Origin: an uncultured Desulfosarcina sp.
GTDB lineage: Bacteria > Desulfobacterota > Desulfobacteria > Desulfobacterales > Desulfosarcinaceae
Length of the DNA: 64,000 nt
Assembly: GCA_963674945.2 (NCBI GenBank)
Contig: CAXXWQ010000004.1
Coordinates: forward strand, 480,001 to 544,000
Direction of reading: 5' to 3'
Shown here piece after piece: positions 58,018-64,000 of the stretch. Position numbers and translations under genes: made by a program. Under the pieces are notes generated by a model. The model had not been told where the DNA came from. It was given only the letters and a program-made list of their open reading frames with translations, and did not search any database. How positions within the stretch are numbered: the first letter of the stretch is position 1; each line of letters starts with the position of its first letter.

Positions 58018-58959
58018 ATGTCAAAAGCAGTCAATTCTTTTTACTATCATATCAAACCTCTTATTCCTCGTAGACTTCAGATATTTTTCAGAAGCTCAAT
58101 AATTAATTTAAATCGAAAAAAATATAGTGATAAATGGCCGATACTTCAACATGCCAATGGCCGGCCAAAGGGATTTCCAGGATGGCCTGAACAAAAACGA
58201 TTTGCACTGGTTCTAACTCATGACGTTGATACAGCATCCGGGCAAGCAAAAAGCATTAAATTGATGAAATTAGAGGAACAACTAGGATTTTACTCTTCTT
58301 TCTTTTTTGTTCCTAAGCGTTATAAATTTGACGATAATATCCTTAATCTGTTGACCAAACATGGATTTGAAGTCGGAGTTCATGGCCTATATCATGATGG
58401 CAAATTGTATAAATCAAAAAAAATATTTGAAAAACGTTCAATTGAAATTAACCATTATTTAGATATATGGAACGCATGTGGGTTTCGTTCGCCCTCAATG
58501 CATCACCATTTAGAATGGATTCATTTATTAAACGTAGTTTATGATTCATCTACTTTCGATACTGATCCATTCGAACCACAGCCAGATGGTTGCGCAAAAA
58601 TCTATCCTTATTGGATTCAGAATGCCTCGAAAAGCAAAGGGTATATAGAACTCCCTTACACATTGCCTCAGGATTTTACTGTTTTTGTCCTAATGCGTGA
58701 TTATAATTTTTCAATTTGGAAAAAAAAGTTGCATTGGCTTGTTAATAAAGGAGCGATGGTACTCTTGAACACCCACCCGGATTATATGTCCTTTAGTAAT
58801 GAAAAAAGATATGATGAATATCATGCATATTTATATCATGATTTTTTGGAATATATAAAAAATAGATATTCTGATCAATATTGGCTTGCTCTTCCAAAGG
58901 ATATTGCAAAATTTTGGAAAAAAATTCTTATCAGCAAAGAAGAATCTAAGATAACTTAA
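58018..58959 (+). CDS. Polysaccharide deacetylase-like protein
   Basis: LTHDVD, EVGVHGLYH, GFRSP, YDSS, ELPYTLPQD and NTHPDY. Confidence 0.82.
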   Translation: MSKAVNSFYYHIKPLIPRRLQIFFRSSIINLNRKKYSDKWPILQHANGRPKGFPGWPEQKRFALVLTHDVDTASGQAKSIKLMKLEEQLGFYSSFFFVPKRYKFDDNILNLLTKHGFEVGVHGLYHDGKLYKSKKIFEKRSIEINHYLDIWNACGFRSPSMHHHLEWIHLLNVVYDSSTFDTDPFEPQPDGCAKIYPYWIQNASKSKGYIELPYTLPQDFTVFVLMRDYNFSIWKKKLHWLVNKGAMVLLNTHPDYMSFSNEKRYDEYHAYLYHDFLEYIKNRYSDQYWLALPKDIAKFWKKILISKEESKIT

Positions 58960-59230
58960 CAAAAATAATTAAATTCAGTCTCTTCAAATTTATGCATATA
59001 ACTTTTACTTAATTTTCGAACTCTTGTAAGAGTTCAAACAATATTTTTTATCCATAGATAATTACAGTAAACTATTTTTAAAAGTTTTTTAATAATTTCT
59101 TACTTCTATTTATAGTTAGTTATTAGATCCATAATAAGAAATATTAATCAATAATTCTTTAAATTTTTTATATAAAATATATAACACTTATCAATTATTC
59201 TAATACTAATAAAAGGAAAGTTTAAATTCA

Positions 59231-60292
59231 GTGAAAAATCCAAAAACGATATGGATTGACTTGGAAAACACACCCCATGTATTATTTTTTAATCCGATAA
59301 TTACTGAATTGAAAAAACGAGGATTTCGAGTAGTGACTACTTCACGTGATTTTGGTAAACTTTATGATCTCGCAGATATGTTCCAGATAAAACATACAAA
59401 AATAAGTCATCATTATGGTAAAAACAAATTCTTAAAGGTATGTGGCCTAATAATACGTTCTATTCATCTTATTTTATTTATAAGAAGAATTAAGCCGAAT
59501 TTAGCTCTTAATCACGGTTCACGAACACAAACTCTGGCAGCAAAATTATTAAAAATAAAATGCATAACAGCAATTGACTATGAATACACACAAAGCTTAC
59601 CATTTGTGTGCCCTACTCTAACATTGTTGCCTCAAGTTCTTTATAATAAATCTGTTCATGGGGATTCAAAAGATACTATAGGCTATCCTGGAATAAAAGA
59701 AGACGTATATATTCGGAATTATATTCCTGATGAGAGAGTGATGAAGGATTTAAGATTAAATAGTGGCGGGATAGTTGTAACTATTCGTCCACCAGCAACT
59801 GAAGCACACTATCATAATAAACAAAGCGATGAATTCTTTAATGAAATTGTAAAATTTTTATCCAAAAATAATAGTGCACAAATTATAATTCTTCCCAGAA
59901 CTAATAAACAAGAAATATCTATTTTAAATAAATATAATAACTTTATTTCAGATGGCAAAATTATAATACCGCAACAAGCATACAATGGTTTGGATGTTAT
60001 ATGGTTCTCAGACCTGGTAATTAGTGGTGGCGGTACAATGATAAGAGAAGCAACTGCACTCGGCGTTCCTGCCTATAGTTTCTTTCAGGGTAAAATAGGC
60101 GCGGTCGATGAATATCTTTCAAAAATTGGGAAACTTGTCCTTCTAAAAAAAATTGAAGAAATACCATTAAAAATAAATTTAATCACTCGAAGACGACCAA
60201 TAAAACCTAATTTTACAAACAATAATACACTAAATTTCATCATAAAAACAATTGAATCTCAACTTAATTCTAATGAATTAAGCTCAAACTAA
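59231..60292 (+). CDS. DUF354 family protein (GT-B/LpxB-like glycosyltransferase fold)
   Basis: IWIDLENTPHVLFF, YPGIKE and DLVISGGGTMIREATALGVP. Confidence 0.85.
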   Translation: MKNPKTIWIDLENTPHVLFFNPIITELKKRGFRVVTTSRDFGKLYDLADMFQIKHTKISHHYGKNKFLKVCGLIIRSIHLILFIRRIKPNLALNHGSRTQTLAAKLLKIKCITAIDYEYTQSLPFVCPTLTLLPQVLYNKSVHGDSKDTIGYPGIKEDVYIRNYIPDERVMKDLRLNSGGIVVTIRPPATEAHYHNKQSDEFFNEIVKFLSKNNSAQIIILPRTNKQEISILNKYNNFISDGKIIIPQQAYNGLDVIWFSDLVISGGGTMIREATALGVPAYSFFQGKIGAVDEYLSKIGKLVLLKKIEEIPLKINLITRRRPIKPNFTNNNTLNFIIKTIESQLNSNELSSN

Positions 60293-60595
60293 AAATAAAA
60301 TAATTAGGAATTAAACTAAACCTGTATAACTTTTTTTAACAAATCATTCAAAAATCTTTTTAATATTTTCGAGTAAGCTTATATTTTTCGCTGATTATCA
60401 TATCTTGTATATTATACATTTAATTTTTACAAGTTTTTAATGCTTTTTATTTAATTACTTTATGACATTACTAAGTAAATATATATCAAGACAATAAAAT
60501 AAGTTTGCAAATATAAATTTCAACCTTTATTTTTCATAGTTTAATATTATAACATATTTTATGTTGTCTCTAAAATAAAAGGATAATTTCAGTAA

Positions 60596-61696
60596 ATGAG
60601 CAAAAAGAAGTTAATTCATCTAATCGCAGCAGCTAGACCAAATTTTATGAAAATCGGCCCTCTATATCATGCACTCAAAAAGGAAAAGTTAGTAGATCCA
60701 ATTATTGTCCATACTGGGCAACATTATGATTTAAATATGTCGGATGTTTTTTTTAAAGATCTTAATTTACCTACCCCTCAAATTCATTTGGGGATTGGCA
60801 GCGGAACGCATGCTGAGCAAACTGGGAATGTAATGATCGCCTATGAAAAGATATTGAAAATAAATCGACCTGATTTAGTAGTAGTTGTGGGAGATGTAAA
60901 TTCAACTATGGCCACTACATTAGCAGCCAAAAAATTAGATGTAATGGTAGCCCATTTAGAAGCTGGGTTGCGTTCTTTCGATCGAACCATGCCAGAGGAG
61001 ATTAATCGATTAGTCACTGATTCTTTAGCCGACTTATTATGGACACATTCATACGATGCAGATCAGAATTTAATCCGTGAAGGAATCCCACATTCAAAGA
61101 TCAGAATGGTAGGCAATATTATGATCGATTCTTTAGAAATGCTGAGATCTAAAATTGAAAACGAAACTTTTTCTAGTAGATTCAAAACTAAAAACAAAAA
61201 ATATGGCATTGTAACTTTACATCGTCCATCGAATGTAGATAATATAGATAATTTACATAAAATTTGTGATGTATTGTTAAACCTTTCAAAAATGATATCA
61301 TTGGTTTTTCCAATTCATCCAAGAACACTCAAGAGACTAAAAAGTAATGGATTTCTAAGTAGTCTTAAAAACTCGCAGAGTCTTCATTTAGTTGAGCCAT
61401 TAAGTTATATTCGATTTATGAATCTAGTTTATAATAGTAGTCTAATACTTACGGATTCGGGCGGCCTTCAGGAAGAAACAACCTATTTGGGCATTCCCTG
61501 CCTTACAATGCGTCCTAACACAGAACGACCCATTACAGTACAACAAGGAACAAACAGACTGTGCGATGTTGAAAATGTTATTACTTATGCAGAAAAATAT
61601 CTTAAAAGGATTATGAACCACAGTGTTCCCCCACTATGGGATGGTCATACTTCTTGTAGGGTATTACAGTCAATAAAAGAATTTTTATGCATTTAG
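60596..61696 (+). CDS. wecB: UDP-N-acetylglucosamine 2-epimerase (non-hydrolysing; WecB/WbpI-like)
   Basis: ARPNFMKI, HTGQHYD, HLEAGLRS, MPEEINR, TLHRPSNVD and TDSGGLQEE. Confidence 0.94.
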   Translation: MSKKKLIHLIAAARPNFMKIGPLYHALKKEKLVDPIIVHTGQHYDLNMSDVFFKDLNLPTPQIHLGIGSGTHAEQTGNVMIAYEKILKINRPDLVVVVGDVNSTMATTLAAKKLDVMVAHLEAGLRSFDRTMPEEINRLVTDSLADLLWTHSYDADQNLIREGIPHSKIRMVGNIMIDSLEMLRSKIENETFSSRFKTKNKKYGIVTLHRPSNVDNIDNLHKICDVLLNLSKMISLVFPIHPRTLKRLKSNGFLSSLKNSQSLHLVEPLSYIRFMNLVYNSSLILTDSGGLQEETTYLGIPCLTMRPNTERPITVQQGTNRLCDVENVITYAEKYLKRIMNHSVPPLWDGHTSCRVLQSIKEFLCI

Positions 61697-61754
61697 GATA
61701 AAATATTCAGATTTTAAATCAACAATTAAATACTATAATTCATCCAAATAAACA

Positions 61755-62939
61755 ATGAATAATATTAATGATTGTTTCGATAAATTGCGTAGATACTGCG
61801 AAACACAAGATTTTAAAGGATATGATCCTTACGATGGTTTAAACAGCCCTTTTTCAAAGCTGTATCCTTTCAGCAACTCTAATCTTCTTCGTTTAATATG
61901 GATTCAAACATTTAAAAGATTTCCTTTCAATATACGGCCATTGTTTTTGATTAAAAAGGAATACAATCCTAAAGGAATAGCACTATTTTTAACTGGATAC
62001 TGCAATTTATACAACGCGACAAAGAACGATAACTATCTTAAAAAAGTTCACTATCTATCCAAAATATTGATACGGATGCAAACAAAGGGTTTTTCCGGAT
62101 CATGTTGGGGATACAACTTTCCTTGGCAATCTAGGTTAGGTCTTATTCCAAAAGGGTTCCCTAATGTCGTCACTACTTCTTATGCATCATATGCTCTTAT
62201 GGATGCCTATGGTTGCACAAATAAACTTGAATACCTGGATGTTGCAACGAGTAGTTGCAATTTTATTCTTCGTGACTTGAAAAGAACAAAACGTGGAGAT
62301 GGATTTATATTTTCATACTCTCCTCTTAAATCTAATTGTGTTTATAATGCATCACTTCTAGCTAGTCGAGTATTATCACGAGCATTTTATTTTTTAAAAG
62401 ATAAGTCCCTATTGGATTATGCAATGGCATCTGTATTAGCATGTTGTTCTGCTCAAAAAAATGATGGTGCTTGGGCATATGGTGAATCATCTTCTCAAAA
62501 TTGGATTGACAGCTTTCATACAGGATATAATCTTGAATGTATAAGCGAATATCAAAAATACTCCAGAGACTTAAGCTTTTATAGTAATCTTAAAAAGGGA
62601 TTACACTATTATATAGCTAATTTCTTCATTGATGACGGAACACCAAAATATTTTGATAACAAGATCTATCCTATCGACATTCATTCACCATCTCAATTTA
62701 TTGTTACTCTTTTTAGAATGAATAAATTAGCAATACACAGAAATAGAGTTGATAAGATACTATCATGGACTATAAATAATATGTTTGACAAATTTTGCGG
62801 TTTCTTTTTCTACCAATTACATCAAAACTATACCATCAAGATTCCATATATGAGATGGACTCAAGCCTGGATGTTCTATGCTCTTAGCTTTTATTTGTTA
62901 TTTTATAAAGAAACTGGTTTGAACCATAGAATATGTTAA
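61755..62939 (+). CDS. Conserved polysaccharide-cluster protein, probable (alpha/alpha)-barrel fold
   Basis: GYDPYDGLNS, WGYNFPWQSR, WIDSFHTGY, YPIDIH and YMRWTQAW; aromatic-rich helical repeats; function unknown. Confidence 0.65.
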   Translation: MNNINDCFDKLRRYCETQDFKGYDPYDGLNSPFSKLYPFSNSNLLRLIWIQTFKRFPFNIRPLFLIKKEYNPKGIALFLTGYCNLYNATKNDNYLKKVHYLSKILIRMQTKGFSGSCWGYNFPWQSRLGLIPKGFPNVVTTSYASYALMDAYGCTNKLEYLDVATSSCNFILRDLKRTKRGDGFIFSYSPLKSNCVYNASLLASRVLSRAFYFLKDKSLLDYAMASVLACCSAQKNDGAWAYGESSSQNWIDSFHTGYNLECISEYQKYSRDLSFYSNLKKGLHYYIANFFIDDGTPKYFDNKIYPIDIHSPSQFIVTLFRMNKLAIHRNRVDKILSWTINNMFDKFCGFFFYQLHQNYTIKIPYMRWTQAWMFYALSFYLLFYKETGLNHRIC

Positions 62940-63181
62940 GTAATAATCTCTTTTCTCTATTCATTTAAAATATAAATTGTACTTTTGATAACACGTAACT
63001 TGTGGATCAAAAGTAAAAAAGGTAGGTTATTGAGTGATCAATCAATATTATAATTGATGGGATCTTAATCTTACTTGATCTTATTACTTACTCGAAACTC
63101 CTTGATTGAATATAATAAAATTTTTCTTGGTTTGAAACATCAATATATAAACTCTTTTAACAATAATTCGGTGATAATAAA

Positions 63182-64000
63182 ATGGTACCAAATTTTTTAG
63201 TCATAGGAGCTCAAAAGTCTGGAACAACCTCCTTGATCAATTACCTATCGGTTCATCCTGAAATTTATGTGCCGGAGGATAAGGAAGTTTCATTATTTTA
63301 TGAAGATGAAGAGTATAACAAAAGATTTATAAATTTTCCATATCATAATCATTATCGTAGATATAATGGTCAACGATTTGCCGGAAACGCTCCAGTAAAT
63401 ATTTTGTTTTTTGCAGAAACAACTGCAAAAAATATTTTTAAATTTAACCCAAATATGAAACTTATTGCAATTTTAAGAAATCCTATTGAGAGAGCTTATT
63501 CTGCATATTGGTATAATATTAGATGCGGTTTGGAGACAAAATCATTTGATATTGCTATTAAAAGAGAAAAAGATATAACTGATAATGGAACTTTTTTACA
63601 AAAGTGCAATTTCACGTATATTTCACATGGATATTATTATGAACAGCTTTGCCTTTTCCTGTCTATCTTTTCTAAAGAAAATTTGCTTGTAGTATTATAT
63701 GATGATTTTAAAATTAACCCCAAATTAGTTTTGAACGAAATCACAAATTTCTTATCTCTTCATCAGAATTACTTAAACAATTCTATTTTTAAAAAATATA
63801 ATGCAGCCTCAAAGCCAAAGATAAAATGGTTTACGAATATGGTGTATAATAAAAATGTTATAAAAAATATTTACAATATTTCAATCCCTATATCATTAAG
63901 AAATAGAATTCACTACTCAATTATACTTAAATTATTAAATGCAAATTTAACTAATTTTACTTATCCTCAAATGAATGACACTACTAAACAATACTTAAAT
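63182..64000 (+). CDS. PAPS-dependent sulfotransferase, 3'-truncated by the window edge (absent from the ORF track)
   Basis: Manual translation gives MVPNFLVIGAQKSGTTSL...HPEI...KE (5'-PSB loop) and ILRNPIERAYS (3'-PB motif). Confidence 0.9.
   Translation, partial: MVPNFLVIGAQKSGTTSLINYLSVHPEIYVPEDKEVSLFYEDEEYNKRFINFPYHNHYRRYNGQRFAGNAPVNILFFAETTAKNIFKFNPNMKLIAILRNPIERAYSAYWYNIRCGLETKSFDIAIKREKDITDNGTFLQKCNFTYISHGYYYEQLCLFLSIFSKENLLVVLYDDFKINPKLVLNEITNFLSLHQNYLNNSIFKKYNAASKPKIKWFTNMVYNKNVIKNIYNISIPISLRNRIHYSIILKLLNANLTNFTYPQMNDTTKQYLN

Overview
This is a bacterial chromosomal window whose gene content resembles a Desulfobacterota (Desulfosarcina-like) anaerobe; the taxon is inferred, not shown. 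The left ~39 kb is GC-rich housekeeping and signalling DNA. It holds a YcbK peptidase (partial), a basic winged-helix protein plus a cold-shock gene behind a long structured leader, and gdhA coupled to a receiver/PPDK-N fusion. It also holds two tandem TonB-dependent receptors with YfiR and a hybrid kinase, a cytochrome b-Rieske-octaheme/TPR operon, an RND pump, an HD-GYP protein, AmrS, an acyl-CoA ligase, an amino-acid ABC transporter and a NarL-type two-component pair. From 39.6 kb to the end runs an exopolysaccharide/capsule cluster that becomes progressively AT-rich. Its Wzc kinase carries an inserted DUF4388/MshEN-like module, and the next gene is a stand-alone degenerate GGDEF protein with an intact RxxD site, which suggests double c-di-GMP control. 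The cluster also contains a truncated cysK remnant followed by an atypical tRNA-Cys, a dedicated FabH/FabG/ACP/FabZ/FabL acyl module, a FemAB-like protein, a complete IS66-family element with an 8-bp target duplication, and a partial sulfotransferase. All calls come from reading motifs by eye; no database searches were run.
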